A stretch of DNA of 64,000 nt from Calditrichia bacterium (lineage in GTDB: Bacteria > Calditrichota > Calditrichia > JAJRVZ01). Position numbers and translations under genes: made by a program. Within the stretch, counting starts at the first letter, position 1. Every line of letters starts with the position of its first letter. The notes below the pieces were generated by a model. The model ran no database searches and had not been told where the DNA came from. It was given only the letters and a program-made list of their open reading frames with translations. Positions 12,154-24,757 of the stretch are shown in pieces. The DNA is taken from the NCBI GenBank assembly GCA_963796965.1, contig CAWCNS010000002.1:160001-224000 (forward strand). The letters run 5' to 3'.

Positions 12154-14364
12154 TTACATAATGAATAACATTTCTGAATATTTTGGTAATGGCCATAATG
12201 CGTCTGGAAGAATCTCCTCGAGTTCATCAGCAGGAATCCGTGCTTCTTCCAGTAAAGCAGTAATATTATCTGAAAAGAATTTTGCTTTTTGGGCCAGATC
12301 CTCAATCTTTTCAGATTCTTCCAATTTCTCTTCTAACGCCGAACAACCCTTTCGAAGTGCAACGAGTTTTTCACTGACAGATTTTAATAAGTTTATTTCG
12401 TCTGCCAGAGAATCTGTATGAATAACATCTGCCAATTCTTTTAGATGTTTCACGGTCTCAATTAGCTGGCTTTGATAGGTTATAGTTGTAGGAATTACTT
12501 TTGTATTGATTAAATTATTAAATGTTTGAGCCTCAATTTCCAGAGTGGTTACATATTGCTCAAGTTTTGTGTTATATCTGTTAATTATTTCTTCTTTTGT
12601 TTTGAAGATTCCTTTTGAGAGGAACAGGTTCATATTTTCCTCATCAACCAGAAAATCCAGGGCATAACCGGTTTTTTTAACATTTGGCAACCCTCTTTTT
12701 TCTGCTTCCTTTTCCCAATCCTCACTATAGTTATTACCCTCAAAACGAATTGGTTTTGTTTCATTAACATGTTTTTTAAGTACCTTTAAGATAACATCTT
12801 CAAGATCTGTACCCCCTTTTACTCCTTCCTCAATCTCAGAAATTAACACATCGATTGATTCCGCTACTGCTGCTGACAGAACAGTATTTGCCAGGGATAC
12901 TGATGCGGCTGAACCAATGGCACGAAATTCAAATTTTTCACCCGTAAAAGCAAAGGGTGAGGTACGGTTTCTGTCTGTATTATCCCGGAATATAGACGGA
13001 AGATTACTTAAACCAAGATCAATTACATAATCTTCAGCCTTTTTTGTTTTCCTACCCTCAGAGATATCATCCAAAATGGTACTTAGACGTTCTCCTAAAA
13101 ATATGGAAATAATTGCCGGCGGCGCCTCATTGGCCCCCAAGCGGTGATCATTCCCGGCAGAAGCTATTGTCATCCGCAGCAATCCACTATAATTATAAAC
13201 AGCCCGCAATACCGAGACAAGAAAAATCAAGAACTGTAAATTTTGCTCAGGTGTATCACCCGGATCGAGTAAATTATTTCCATCAGAATCTGACATGGAC
13301 CAGTTGTTATGTTTACCACTTCCATTAATACCGGCAAAGGGCTTTTCATGCAGTAATAAAGCCAAACCATGACGGTCGGCAACTTTTTTTAGAACTTCCA
13401 TAATCATCTGGTTGCGGTCGGCGCCTACATTCGCTTCAGCAAATATTGGCGCTATCTCGAACTGATGTGGTGCGACCTCATTATGTCTGGTTTTTGCCGG
13501 CACACCAAGTTTATATAATTCACTTTCCGCATCCTGCATAAAGGCCAGGACACGGGGTTTGATCGATCCAAAATAATGGTCATCTAGTTGTTGGCCTTTC
13601 GGTGGCTGAGCGCCCTGAAGTGTTCGTCCGGTTATTTGTAAATCTGGTCTTAAAAAGAGAAAACCTTTATCAATCAGAAAATATTCTTGCTCTGTCCCAA
13701 TAGTGGTAACAACACGGCTCGCAGAAGTATTTCCCAACAACCGTAAAACTTTCAAAGCAGATTTTGATATGGTTTTCATGGAACGTAGCAAGGGGGTTTT
13801 TTTATCCAGGGCCTCTCCCGTATAACTTATAAATACCGAAGGGATACATAATATACCGCCATTGGGACCTTCAACGATAAATGCCGGACTGGAAGGATCC
13901 CACATGGTATAACCACGGGCCTCAAAAGTGGTACGGGAACCACCACTTGGAAAAGAAGAAGCATCAGGTTCACCCTGGACCAATTTATCACCCTGAAAAC
14001 GTTCAATAACTTCACCATCCACCAATTCGAGAAAGGCGTCGTGCTTTTCTGCGGTTAGTCCTGTCTGAGGCTGAAACCAATGTGTAAAATGTGATACACG
14101 TTTGCTAATTGCCCACTCTTTCATAGCATGGGCGACGGTATTCGCTATGGTCATATCCAGTTTATCACCCTTTTTGATGGTATCTCTTAATTTTTTATAG
14201 GCATCTTTTGGAAGCCGCTCACGCATCACCTTATCATTAAAGGTATTGACGCCAAAACTATTAGTGCCATTATCAATCAGATCACTTGGTTCCACACCTC
14301 TTTCGAAGGCAATTTTTAACAGAACCTCCTGCCGTGGATTAGCACTTATTGAAGAGTTTGACAT
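12154..14364 (-). CDS. glnA: Glutamine synthetase type III
   Basis: 736 aa; HWFQPQTGLTAEKHD, EPDASSFPSGG, HNEVAPHQFE, HEKPFAGINGSGKH, DRNRTSPFAF, LWPLPKYSEMLF. Confidence 0.95.
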   Translation of the reverse strand: MSNSSISANPRQEVLLKIAFERGVEPSDLIDNGTNSFGVNTFNDKVMRERLPKDAYKKLRDTIKKGDKLDMTIANTVAHAMKEWAISKRVSHFTHWFQPQTGLTAEKHDAFLELVDGEVIERFQGDKLVQGEPDASSFPSGGSRTTFEARGYTMWDPSSPAFIVEGPNGGILCIPSVFISYTGEALDKKTPLLRSMKTISKSALKVLRLLGNTSASRVVTTIGTEQEYFLIDKGFLFLRPDLQITGRTLQGAQPPKGQQLDDHYFGSIKPRVLAFMQDAESELYKLGVPAKTRHNEVAPHQFEIAPIFAEANVGADRNQMIMEVLKKVADRHGLALLLHEKPFAGINGSGKHNNWSMSDSDGNNLLDPGDTPEQNLQFLIFLVSVLRAVYNYSGLLRMTIASAGNDHRLGANEAPPAIISIFLGERLSTILDDISEGRKTKKAEDYVIDLGLSNLPSIFRDNTDRNRTSPFAFTGEKFEFRAIGSAASVSLANTVLSAAVAESIDVLISEIEEGVKGGTDLEDVILKVLKKHVNETKPIRFEGNNYSEDWEKEAEKRGLPNVKKTGYALDFLVDEENMNLFLSKGIFKTKEEIINRYNTKLEQYVTTLEIEAQTFNNLINTKVIPTTITYQSQLIETVKHLKELADVIHTDSLADEINLLKSVSEKLVALRKGCSALEEKLEESEKIEDLAQKAKFFSDNITALLEEARIPADELEEILPDALWPLPKYSEMLFIM

Positions 14365-14441
14365 AGTATTATTCCTTATCGTTTTATTTACAGTTATCTA
14401 ATTTTAAATTATTCATCTTATTTGAGACTAAGTTTGCTTTT

Positions 14442-15482
14442 TTACAACAACATTATATTGTTTTCTCTGCATTTATCGATCATCTCATTGGGCCAGATAC
14501 TGGCCTGAATCTCACCGATATGCGCTTTCCTTAGATAAAACATACATAAGCGTGATTGTCCTATACCCCCGCCTATTGAAAGTGGCAATTCACCACTCAG
14601 AAGCCGTTTATGAAAATATAAATCTTTACGATCCAGATTATCAGTCAGTTCAAGTTGCCTCATTAATGTTGTAGGATCGACCCGAATTCCCATCGAAGAA
14701 AGTTCATAGGCTCTTTCAAACAAAGGGTAATAAACCAGAATATCTCCATTTAATCCTCTACGATTATCTTCTGTTGGTGAAGACCAGTCATCATAATCCG
14801 GCGCCCGGCCATCATGCGGCTGTCCGGATCTTAAATCTCCTCCAATCCCAATAACAAATACAGCGCCATATTTTTTACAAACTTCAGTTTCTCTTTCTAC
14901 CGGTAACAAATCAGGATATTCGTTCTCGAGATCTTCGGCATGAATAAATGTAATTTCTTCCGGTAGTATAGGCTGGATGGCATTATATTCCTGGGCGATA
15001 AAAAGCTCTGTTCTCCTGATAACATCGTATATTTTCTTTATAATCTTTTTTAAAAACACCAGTTGTCGTTCCTGTTCAGATATTACTAATTCCCAATCCC
15101 ACTGATCCACATAGAGAGAATGTAAATTGTCCAGATCTTCATCTGCTCTGATAGCGTTCATATCTGTATACAATCCCTGTCCATGCCTGAATTGATAATC
15201 AGAAAGCATTAGCCTTTTCCACTTGGCCAATGAATGAACAATCTCAGCCTTGGCACTTTGCATTGATTTCACTTCAAATGATACGGGCCGCTCTACCCCG
15301 TTTAAATTATCATTAATACCTGTACCGGTTAGCACAAACATTGGAGCGGTTACCCGGGTTAGATTCAGCTCAAGAGATAAATTTACCTGAAAGAATTCTT
15401 TAATCTTGCGTATGGCCCGTTCTGTTTCATGCAGATTCTGCAAGGGCCGGTAATGTTTGGGAAATATCAACTGTGATGACAT
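14442..15482 (-). CDS. asnA: Aspartate-ammonia ligase (asparagine synthetase A)
   Basis: HSLAKWKR, YVDQWDWE, HDGRAPDYDDW, SSMGIRV, IGGGIGQSRL; ATG 15482 has GGAG upstream. Confidence 0.95.
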   Translation of the reverse strand: MSSQLIFPKHYRPLQNLHETERAIRKIKEFFQVNLSLELNLTRVTAPMFVLTGTGINDNLNGVERPVSFEVKSMQSAKAEIVHSLAKWKRLMLSDYQFRHGQGLYTDMNAIRADEDLDNLHSLYVDQWDWELVISEQERQLVFLKKIIKKIYDVIRRTELFIAQEYNAIQPILPEEITFIHAEDLENEYPDLLPVERETEVCKKYGAVFVIGIGGDLRSGQPHDGRAPDYDDWSSPTEDNRRGLNGDILVYYPLFERAYELSSMGIRVDPTTLMRQLELTDNLDRKDLYFHKRLLSGELPLSIGGGIGQSRLCMFYLRKAHIGEIQASIWPNEMIDKCRENNIMLL

Positions 15483-15551
15483 TGAAGCCACTCCGTATTC
15501 TAATTACTCAAAATTATCAACAAATAATACATTTTTAGACATATAAATACT

Positions 15552-15567
15552 TACAATCATCATGCCA
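15552..15567 (-). promoter_or_regulatory. Sigma54-type promoter of asnA-glnA
   Basis: Minus strand TGGCATG-ATGA-TTGTA; a sigma54 activator gene is divergent. Confidence 0.7.
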
Positions 15568-15645
15568 AACCAGGAGACAGGCCCCTAAGTCCTTAAAAAA
15601 CAACATCAAAGTCAAATTACACCTTTTATAACCCAGACTATTTTC

Positions 15646-15875
15646 CTACGTTAATGTAATATCCTTCAATTTAAACGACATTTTTGTATCGTATCGCATC
15701 GTGCCCGGCACATCCAAAGGGCAATGTCCCCAATATAGCAGTAAACAAGGGAAATAGCTCCATTAGCATGAGACTTCATGCGAAAATACCCTCATCCTCT
15801 TTACAGAGAACATTTAATTTTGTATATTTTTCCTTCATTTTTGTAGCACATATGGAATAGAAAACATTTTTGTAG
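15646..15875. promoter_or_regulatory. Four candidate activator-binding sites, consensus CTACA-N4-TGTAG
   Basis: ctacg-ttaa-tgtaa 15646, cgaca-tttt-tgtat 15676, cttca-tttt-tgtag 15833, aaaca-tttt-tgtag 15862; two pairs spaced 30 and 29 bp. Confidence 0.55.
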
Positions 15876-15940
15876 TTCTTTAGGGGACCTGTATCCATAT
15901 TCATAAAATCTGTTTATATACATCTTCACAGGAGAGCCTG

Positions 15941-17500
15941 ATGCCAGAGAAAAAGGAAATTAAGAGGGAACAAAGTTCTGATTCAATTGCCCGAAAACTA
16001 TCATTGCTCGTAGAAATAAATCAGGTAACCAGCAGCACGCTTGATTTAAATGAATCTCTTGCGGCAACATTAAAAATTCTACGTAATTCCTATCATATAA
16101 AATCCGGTGCGATATTTATACTAAATGAGATAGATAATACTTTTCGGATGACGGCATCTATCGGTTACAAAGAAAGTACGGCAAAGGTTATTTACAAAGT
16201 CGGTGAGGGTCTCACTGGACGAATTGCTGAAACCGGTAAGCCTATTGTTGTCCCACAGGTGAGTAAAGAGCCACTGTACCTGAATCGTCTGAGTGCATGG
16301 GATCCGAAGCGTGATCGGGAGCAAACGTTTATTGGTGTCCCTATTATCTCCGAATACAAAACCTTAGGTGTGCTGGTTGTAAATCTACCTTTTAATCTTA
16401 AAAGAGAATATGATAGTGTGAAAAAGTTTTTTGTTCTGGTGGCCTCAGCTCTTTTACCACAAATCCGGTTACGGCGGGAACTTGATTTGGAGAGGCAAAG
16501 ATTGAGGAGCGAAAACGTACTCCTCAAACAAAAATTGCAGGAGGGACACAGCCTCAGAAACATTATTGGTAATAGTCATGTCATGCGTGAAGTTTATGAG
16601 ATGGTAATGCAGGTAGCCGGATCAAATACAACCGTCCTGATCCGCGGGGAATCCGGCACCGGAAAAGAGTTAATTGCCAAGTCTATTCATTACAATTCCC
16701 AACGAAATGAGCAGCAGGTTGTTACAGTAAATTGTGCCGCTATCCCTGAGAATCTTATAGAATCTGATTTTTTTGGTTATGAAAAAGGTGCTTTTACCGG
16801 GGCTGTAGCACGAAAAAAAGGGAGATTTGAGGTTGCTGACGGTGGTACTATATTTCTGGACGAAATTGGTGATTTGAGCCAGATGACCCAGGTTAAATTA
16901 TTAAGAGTATTACAGGAGCAGGAATTTGAACGTGTCGGTGGTACAGAAACATTGAAAGTTGATGTAAGGATTATCGCTGCAACAAATGCCGATCTGGAGA
17001 AGTTAATGAGAGAGGGTAATTTTAGAGAGGATTTGTATTATCGGTTAAATGTTTTTTCCATTTTACTTCCTCCTTTGCGTGAGCGTAAAACAGATATTTT
17101 ACTTCTGGCAGATCATTTTATGCTAAAATATGGGCGTCAGCTTGGCAAATCGATCCGTCGCATTTCCACACCTGCTATAGATATGTTAATGCGTTACCAC
17201 TGGCCGGGAAATGTACGGGAGTTGGAAAACTGCATTGAGCGGGCGGTATTAGTCTGCCAGGATCAGGTTATCCATAGTTACCACCTTCCCCCCACCCTCC
17301 AAACAGCAGAGAGCAGTGATACTGTCTCACATCAAACCCTGGATAACGCCTTATCAACCTATGAGAAGGAGTTAATTAACGATGCTTTGAAAACATCTAA
17401 GGGGAATCAGGCGAAAGCAGCGTTACTTTTGGGCACAACGGAAAGAATTATCGGTTACAAGATCAAAAAACATCATATAAATGTGGCCAGGTTTAAGGCG

Positions 17501-17503
<3 letters not shown>
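15941..17503 (+). CDS. NifA-like GAF-AAA+-HTH sigma54-dependent activator
   Basis: N-terminal GAF ([12 protein letters not shown]), [30 protein letters not shown], Fis-type HTH. Confidence 0.92.
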
Positions 17504-17570
<67 letters not shown>

Positions 17571-17692
17571 AAATTTGTGTCTTTGGGTCATGCTTGTCAA
17601 ATTTATTTTTGAGATTTGGGTGATCTGGCACATTAAGATACTTTTAGGCAAGCAACGTAATTTACAAAGCACCGAGAGCCCATTACCAAGAG

Positions 17693-17735
17693 CCGGGAAT
17701 CCGTCGTCGGAAATCGGGCATCCAGAATCGAGCAT
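17693..17735 (-). repeat. Degenerate GAT-family heptamer arm after the S8 protease stop
   Basis: Minus strand gatgctc gattctg gatgccc gatttcc gacgacg gattccc, facing the 17501 array. Confidence 0.7.
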
Positions 17736-20584
17736 CATTTCAGCAAAATAAGTTTCTTAGTTTGGATAAATCCTGCCTCTGTGCTTAATCTATAATAATA
17801 CACGCCACTGGCAAATCCCCCGGCGTTCCATTCTACCTGATGATGACCTGCCTGTTGATTTTCAGCAACTAATGTCTCTACCTTTTGTCCAATTAAATTG
17901 TAAATACTTAGTTCAACATAATTGGTAATCGGTAATTGGTAATTGATCTTTGTTTTCGGATTAAATGGGTTAGGGTAATTTTGAGCAAGATAAAACTGAC
18001 TAGGATTGAACCCCGGTTCTTCATCCCCAATAGCGGTAGGAATTATGCGCTCCCACATAGCCTTCGCTGAATCGGCATGGATCATCAAGTTAGTAGAATC
18101 ATCGGCCGCCAGCATAGCATAAGCAAGTCTTTTAACCGATTTCGCCGGAATTGAATAAGGACCATTCCCTATAACCAACGAAATATCGGCGGGACCCGCT
18201 GTCGTATAGGATACCCCTCCACTGATGGACTGCCATTTTTCCTCATCGGTAAATCCATCATAAAGCCCCCAGGGAGGATTATTGGGATGATTTTCATCAT
18301 TATAGATCGCTCTGAATGAGATCCCTCCATCACTAAGTGCCATAACACCGGCATACGTGTCCGGGCCATCACTGCTGTCATAAGCATATCCTAACCTTCG
18401 TGTGTCATCAAAATTAACCATATTTGTGCCAAAACTTCCGCCATCGATATCGTAGTCAAAGAACAAACCGAAATAATAATTATCCAGGCTTCCAGATCCC
18501 GTATTTACAATCGTATAAAGAAAAATTACATAATCCTGATTTCCAGAATCATTCCAGGCATAGGTTGCCTGTGTAATCTTCACAGGCAGGGGATTATCCG
18601 CCTCCCGATCATCAAAACCACCTTCGCTTTCCTGGTCACTTAACAGACCTGGTGTCAGAATTCTAATATCTCCATCAGGCACAACCTTAAAATCTTCATC
18701 ATATCCACCGGAATTATCTCTTGCTGCGTTTGAGAGTTTATTCGCACTTGTGCCAGTAAGAATGGCACCCTCAAACAACAGGTCTGCTCCACCGTTATAA
18801 ACAAATCCAACCCCCTGATCAACCTGATCAGGATCAGGATGGCCTACGCGACCAAGATTGGTTATAGTCACATCAATATTGTTAATATATAGATCGCCAA
18901 AAGCCGGAAGGACACTCAAAGTCACATAATCATAATCCCTGTATCCAGCTGTTTCAATATTCAATGTAAAAGTTACATAATGAGCACTGGGTGTATTTTC
19001 GGCCACTATAAAAACAAAGGGATCAGCGTCAACTGTATCCATTGTGCCGATCCCAGACATCGTGGTCTGAGATGTTTGTATGGTAATATATGGATCATTT
19101 GTAGAAAGTGATAGGACAATATTTGATGCAGGGGAGAGGAAGTTAACCAAAGACAAGTAGAGTTCTACCCTTTCCCCAGGCTCTATGATCTCATTCTGAT
19201 TCTCATCCTCATAGCGATCGTTCGCTATTCTTATTGAAGGGCCATTTTCAGTAAGCGCGCGGTAAATATTAAGTCTGCCCCGTCCCAGGTCAAATCCATA
19301 AGCAGGCAAGGAATCAGAAGTTACCCGCACCTGTTCAGCGGCCTGGATTCCTTCTAATTCTGGTCTTTGTGTTTTAACTAACCCGATTGCGCCGGCTACC
19401 ATGGGAGTTGCCATGGAGGTTCCGGATGAATAGCCATATTCATCCCCATGCCAGAGGCTGTAAACATCTACCGCAGGTGCGGCCATGTCAACGAACATAC
19501 CGTAGTTCGAAGCCCCATACTTATTATCATTAGCATCCGTACCTCCAATAGATAGAACATTATTATAAGAAGATGGAAAGTGAGGCAAGGGACTGTTATC
19601 ATTTCCAGCAGCAGCGATCACCACGGCACCCAGAGAAGTCGCATAGGCTATAACCTCTTCTTCAAATCTTGAGCCATTGCCTTGTCTTCCCCAACTACAA
19701 CTGATTATCTCAGCGCCATTTTCTGCCGCGTAAATTATGCCATCGTATCCCCAGACCAAGGATCCGTCATCATCGGGATGACTAACATTAATACCCATTA
19801 TTGTTGTGTTCCAACTGGTGCCAGCCACCCCGGTACGATTGTCGGTTACAGCGCTGGCAATACCTGCTGTATGGGTGCCATGGTCTTGATTGATTGGTGT
19901 TTGGTCAAAACCTGTTGGATCACCACTATTATTGGCAAAATTCCATCCAAACACATCGTCCACATAGCGATTGTTGTCATCATCGATATTATTATTGGGA
20001 ATCTCACCCTGATTCTGCCAAATATTATCCTGCAAATCAATATGTCGGATATCAGTTCCTCCATCAACAATGGCAATTATAACATTTTGATCTCCCGTGA
20101 TTATATCCCAGGCTTCCGGGGCATAAACAGCGTTGTAATTATCGCGTTGTCTAAAATAGAGAGAATCATTAGGCTCTCCTGATACATAATGTAGATATTT
20201 TGGTTCTGCATAAGCGACCATATCATAATCCGAGATCAACTCTGCCATTAAATGTGCGGAATGTTCACCATTATAAGAGGCGTAATAGATATTTCTTAAT
20301 CCCGTTGTCTGAGATCCTGTTTTCGATTTTCGCATAAACTTTCCAACCGGCATAAGTGAAACAATATCAAATTGTTGTATCATTTCGGTCACAGGATCAA
20401 AACCGTTTTTGTTTCCTTGGCCTAAAGGGTCTACCCCATCCTTAAACTTAATTACAATTAAATTGGGTACAACTTTCCCATCCGTATATTTCACTGATCC
20501 TGTTGAAAAAACAGGAGAACAGGCAAAAGATAAAATCAGAATTATAAGATTGAGTCGAGTTTTCATAGATCTGGATTTTCTCAT
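17735..20584 (-). CDS. Secreted S8 (subtilisin-like) serine protease with T9SS-type-A-like C-terminal domain
   Basis: Signal peptide; triad IVDGG / HGTHTAG / GTSMATP; AAGND; C-terminal [11 protein letters not shown]...GVYYYRL...KKLILLK. Confidence 0.92.
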   Translation of the reverse strand: MRKSRSMKTRLNLIILILSFACSPVFSTGSVKYTDGKVVPNLIVIKFKDGVDPLGQGNKNGFDPVTEMIQQFDIVSLMPVGKFMRKSKTGSQTTGLRNIYYASYNGEHSAHLMAELISDYDMVAYAEPKYLHYVSGEPNDSLYFRQRDNYNAVYAPEAWDIITGDQNVIIAIVDGGTDIRHIDLQDNIWQNQGEIPNNNIDDDNNRYVDDVFGWNFANNSGDPTGFDQTPINQDHGTHTAGIASAVTDNRTGVAGTSWNTTIMGINVSHPDDDGSLVWGYDGIIYAAENGAEIISCSWGRQGNGSRFEEEVIAYATSLGAVVIAAAGNDNSPLPHFPSSYNNVLSIGGTDANDNKYGASNYGMFVDMAAPAVDVYSLWHGDEYGYSSGTSMATPMVAGAIGLVKTQRPELEGIQAAEQVRVTSDSLPAYGFDLGRGRLNIYRALTENGPSIRIANDRYEDENQNEIIEPGERVELYLSLVNFLSPASNIVLSLSTNDPYITIQTSQTTMSGIGTMDTVDADPFVFIVAENTPSAHYVTFTLNIETAGYRDYDYVTLSVLPAFGDLYINNIDVTITNLGRVGHPDPDQVDQGVGFVYNGGADLLFEGAILTGTSANKLSNAARDNSGGYDEDFKVVPDGDIRILTPGLLSDQESEGGFDDREADNPLPVKITQATYAWNDSGNQDYVIFLYTIVNTGSGSLDNYYFGLFFDYDIDGGSFGTNMVNFDDTRRLGYAYDSSDGPDTYAGVMALSDGGISFRAIYNDENHPNNPPWGLYDGFTDEEKWQSISGGVSYTTAGPADISLVIGNGPYSIPAKSVKRLAYAMLAADDSTNLMIHADSAKAMWERIIPTAIGDEEPGFNPSQFYLAQNYPNPFNPKTKINYQLPITNYVELSIYNLIGQKVETLVAENQQAGHHQVEWNAGGFASGVYYYRLSTEAGFIQTKKLILLK

Positions 20585-20891
20585 ATTTTTACTATCATAT
20601 TTCAGGTTTAACCATTTTTGTTAAATATACATATTTTAATAAAAAAGAATGTGACCGATCATACCAAACGTGTCTTAATCAAAAAAAAACTTATTCAACT
20701 ACCTCATCCCGGATTCAATTGGTAAATGTACATGATGAGTATTAAATTCTCCTACCTGCTCAGCAGGCAAAAATAATTTTTGGTGTGGCCGATCCTATAA
20801 ATAGATTTACCCCACATAGAGGTAAATGAATGTGACACGAAAAATATTTCATTAATTTCATCTTCTTTACAAAAAAGAACCAGGAGTCCCT

Positions 20892-22154
20892 GTGCTGATA
20901 GAAATTCTACTCATCGTAGCTGTAGTTTTACTTATACTCAACATCTGGTTAACCATCAAAAAATCAGGATCCGATATTTCACAGCTCCTTGTAGATATAA
21001 AAAATGCTATATCTCTATTTGATAACAATTTAGGTAAAACCGATAAGTCTATACGTGACGATTTTCAAAGAAACCGTGAGGAGAGCAATAAGACCGCCAA
21101 AGAAAACCGTGAAGAATTAACCAATACTCTAAAAACTTTCTCCACTACTTTCTCATCCAATGTAAAAGATTTTAATGAGACTACCGGAGAGAAATTAGAC
21201 AAGATCCGGTTAACGGTTGAATCAAAACTCAAAGATCTGCAGGAAGATAATAGTAAAAAATTAGAGAAGATGCGTGAAACTGTGGATGAAAAATTACATA
21301 AAACTCTGGAGCATCGTTTGGGAGAATCCTTTAAAATTGTCAGTGAGAGTCTTGAAAAAGTCCAGAAGGGTTTGGGTGAAATGCAAACGCTGGCTACGGG
21401 TGTTGGTGATTTAAAGAAAGTTCTCTCCAATGTTAAGACAAAGGGCGTGCTCGGTGAATATCAATTAGAAAATATACTTGAACAACTTCTAACAAATAAT
21501 CAATATGCCAAAAATGTAAAAACAAAGCCTGACAGTGATGCATTTGTGGAATTTGCCGTTCGTCTGCCAGGTAAGGATAATTCGGATAAAGAAGTTTGGT
21601 TACCGATAGATTCAAAATTTCCCACAGAGGATTACCTGACTCTGATGGATGCCCATGATAATGCAGATATCCCCTTGATTGACTCTTCGCGAAAAGAATT
21701 AGCCAGAAAGATTAAACTTTTTGCACAGGACATCAAGACCAAGTATATAGACCCACCCAATACAACCGATTTTGCGATTATGTTTTTGCCTGTGGAAGGA
21801 CTATACGCTGAAGTGTTGCGGGACAGTGCTCTGTTCGAAACACTTCAGCGGAAGTACCGGGTAATTGTAACAGGACCAACGACCCTCTCCGCCCTTTTAA
21901 GCAGCCTGCAAATGGGATTTCGGACCTTAGCTATCGAGAAACGCTCCAGTGAGGTCTGGGAGATTCTGGGAGCAGTAAAAACAGAATTTGGAAAATTTGG
22001 AGAGATTCTTGAAAGGACGAGAAAAAAACTGACCGAGGCCTCAAATGTGGTCGAAAGTGCCGGCCAACGATCCAGAGCTATTGAGCGCAAATTAAAAGAT
22101 GTGGAAGAACTACCTACCTCAAAATCCGTCAAATTGTTGGACACAGGGACCTGA
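20892..22154 (+). CDS. rmuC: DNA recombination protein RmuC
   Basis: N-terminal TM helix and coiled coil; KTKGVLGEYQLE, LPIDSKFP, FAIMFLPVEGLY, GPTTL, KTEFGKF. Confidence 0.92.
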   Translation: MLIEILLIVAVVLLILNIWLTIKKSGSDISQLLVDIKNAISLFDNNLGKTDKSIRDDFQRNREESNKTAKENREELTNTLKTFSTTFSSNVKDFNETTGEKLDKIRLTVESKLKDLQEDNSKKLEKMRETVDEKLHKTLEHRLGESFKIVSESLEKVQKGLGEMQTLATGVGDLKKVLSNVKTKGVLGEYQLENILEQLLTNNQYAKNVKTKPDSDAFVEFAVRLPGKDNSDKEVWLPIDSKFPTEDYLTLMDAHDNADIPLIDSSRKELARKIKLFAQDIKTKYIDPPNTTDFAIMFLPVEGLYAEVLRDSALFETLQRKYRVIVTGPTTLSALLSSLQMGFRTLAIEKRSSEVWEILGAVKTEFGKFGEILERTRKKLTEASNVVESAGQRSRAIERKLKDVEELPTSKSVKLLDTGT

Positions 22155-22179
22155 GGATGAGGAAAATGATTGATCACCA

Positions 22180-22369
22180 AGGAGACCGGGGCACGGAAAA
22201 TGTTTAATACTGGACATTCGGTATCTTCGCCGGATGGTCTGACCGGATTATCGGATAGTTGTAAGTTTCAAAATTGGAGGCACATCTACCCTACGACGAA
22301 AATTTTAAGAAATTCACAATTTAAAATTATAATTGATTTTCGGTCTGCAGTCTCCTGATTCCGGTCTCT
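22180..22369. repeat. Inverted heptamer arms between convergent rmuC and ABC permease
   Basis: ggagacc ggggcac ggaaaat on plus; gagaccg gaatcag gagactg cagaccg aaaatca on minus. Confidence 0.6.
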
Positions 22370-22374
22370 TACTT

Positions 22375-23881
22375 TTAGTTCCCCATTTTCTGCTGCAAAT
22401 GTTTTGGCACAAATATTTTTTCAAGCAACTCAAATAAAACTTCAACAAGAAGAGCTAAAATTGCCGCCGGGATTGCTCCTTGCAGGATCATGGAAGTGTT
22501 GTTCAGACTGAGTCCTGTAACGATAAACTCACCAAGTCCTCCAGCTCCGATAAAAGCAGCTAATGTTGCGGTACCAATTGAAATGACTGCTGCGGTCTTT
22601 ATTCCAGCAAAGATTGTAGGTGTTGAGAGTGGTATCTCCACATAACGTAAGCGCTGCCAGGGAGTTAATCCGATCCCCTTCGCTACTTTTTTCAAAAGAG
22701 GATCAATTGAAAAAAGTGCAATTGTTGTATTTCTCAGAATGGGTAAAAGCGCATAAAGGAAAAGAGCCACTATCGCCGGTAAAAAGCCAATACCAAATAG
22801 GGGAATCATGAGCGCTAGCAGGGCAATTGATGGAATCGTCTGCAACAATCCTGTAAAATAGAGGATAGGTTTAGCAGCTGCCTTAAAATGATAGACCAGC
22901 ATCCCTAGAGGGATGGCAATAAGCATGGCTGCAACCAGAGATAAAATGGTTAATTGAAGATGTATTATAGTTTTACTTAAAATCTCACTAAATATTGACG
23001 GATTATTCTTTTCTTCCTTTCCATTAAGCAATCCTATCGATTCCAAAAATGACCGAGCAACCTTTTGATAGGACTCCTCATAAAAAACCACCCGTGCATT
23101 TCAGCTCCTGCATTTTTTTCTCCGATAGTGAACCGGCCAGGTTTTCAAGTAATTTTTTTGCTTCTGGCAAAAGATCCATTTTATAAAGAGCAACCGCCTG
23201 ATAGTGTGGAAAAAACTCCTTATCATCTTCTAATACAAATAAATCATACCGATTTATTTCTCCATCGGTTGTATATATATCAATCAGATCTACTTCTCCC
23301 TCCTCTAATGCTTGATAAGAGAGGCCATGTTCAATACCTACAGGTTTTTGAGGTAACTGATAAAAAAGTGAAAGATTTTTCCAGCCATCTTCACGTTTTA
23401 AAAATTCATAGCTGAAAACAACTTTAAGAGTTGGATGATTTTTTAATTCTGATATTTTTTTTAACGATCTTTCATTGGCCGTTTTTTTGAGAATAGCAAA
23501 AGCATAGGTATTATTAAAACCAAACGGTGAGGAAATCTCCAATTCATAATTTTGCTGGAGTTCATCATTAAGTTCTGAAAGGGACAAGGTTCGGTTAGCT
23601 TTGAGGATTTGTTCTGAGATTGTCCCACTATACTCAGGATATATATCTATTTCACCGTTTTTCAATGCCCCAAAACAAATTAATGTTCCGCCAAGATTAT
23701 ACCTGCGCTCAACTTCGAATCCCCGTGTCTCAAAAAGTTGGGCTAATATCTCGGCAAGCAGATAACCCTCGTTAAAGTTCTTCGCACCAACCGTAATCGA
23801 TTGTGGCCGAGCTAAACCGACCCATGATAAGAGGAGGATTATTAATAAAACAGTAAACTTATAATATTTATTTATCATCAT
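22375..23881 (-). CDS. Glycine betaine/osmoprotectant ABC fused substrate-binding + permease protein; apparent +1 frameshift near 23100
   Basis: VGAKNFNEG, YPEYSGT, FNNTYA binding domain; removing one A joins it (QELNARVVFYEE) to the QTIPSIALL / IGAGGLG permease. Confidence 0.85.
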
Positions 23882-23883
23882 GA

Positions 23884-24603
23884 TTACTTCTGAACAAATT
23901 GTTTAACAAATGAATTTGCAGGATGGTTTTTTATCTTGTCCGGATCATCATATTGTTGCACCTGACCTTCGTGAAGAATTAATATTTTATCTGCTAGAAT
24001 AAATGCTTCCTCGACATCATGTGTTACCAGAATAATTGTTCTCGGCTTTGTTTTTTGAAGTTTTAATAACTCCCATTGAAGTTCCTTTCGTGTAGAAACA
24101 TCCAGGGCTCCAAAAGCTTCATCCAATAAAAATATAGGAGGATCCAATATCATTGCGCGACAAATACCGACACGCTGTTGTTCTCCCCCAGAGAGTTGAT
24201 GGGGATATTGGTGCTTATAGTTGAGATCAAGATCCACCATCTGCATCAACATTTCCACTCTTTTTTCTAAGTCCCCCATATCGAATGCACAAACTTTCAC
24301 CAGCAAAGCAATATTCTCATAAACCGTGAGATGGGGAAACAACCCTGTCCCCTGAACAGAATATCCGATTGAACGGCGCAGTGAAAAAATATTATCATAA
24401 TTTACAGATTCACCAAATATTTCTACGACCCCCTCCGATGGTCTTATCAGGCCGTTTATCATTTGCAACAATGTGGACTTACCGCTTCCACTCTTGCCCA
24501 AGATGACTGAAATCTTTTCATTATCAAAGGAAAGGTTTATATCTTTCAACACCCTTCTTTTCTCATAGGAGTGGCTTAGGTTTTTGAAAACAATGGGATT
24601 CAT
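23884..24603 (-). CDS. Osmoprotectant ABC transporter ATP-binding subunit
   Basis: GKSGSGKST, YPHQLSGGEQQRVG, LLDEAFGALD, VTHD. Confidence 0.9.
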   Translation of the reverse strand: MNPIVFKNLSHSYEKRRVLKDINLSFDNEKISVILGKSGSGKSTLLQMINGLIRPSEGVVEIFGESVNYDNIFSLRRSIGYSVQGTGLFPHLTVYENIALLVKVCAFDMGDLEKRVEMLMQMVDLDLNYKHQYPHQLSGGEQQRVGICRAMILDPPIFLLDEAFGALDVSTRKELQWELLKLQKTKPRTIILVTHDVEEAFILADKILILHEGQVQQYDDPDKIKNHPANSFVKQFVQK

Positions 24604-24735
24604 TCGGTACACTCTAACTCAAAAGTGAGATAATAGAATAAATTGGAAATTATTTACTGTAGATATCTGAGTGAAATAGATTTTAGAGGATAAATATTTC
24701 AATCGCAAATAATGTCACAATAATTAAAACAACAA

Positions 24736-24757
24736 AATTGTGATTTGTCTCGCATTT
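24736..24757. promoter_or_regulatory. CRP/FNR-family-like binding site
   Basis: aatTGTGAtttgtcTCGCAttt, one mismatch from TGTGA-N6-TCACA, in a divergent intergenic region. Confidence 0.35.

Noticed and set aside
20600..20890. Riboswitch or ncRNA in the S8-rmuC intergenic region (hairpins at 20755-20767 and about 20805-20827)
   Set aside because: Only short hairpins with no recognisable conserved aptamer; an Rfam/Infernal scan would be needed
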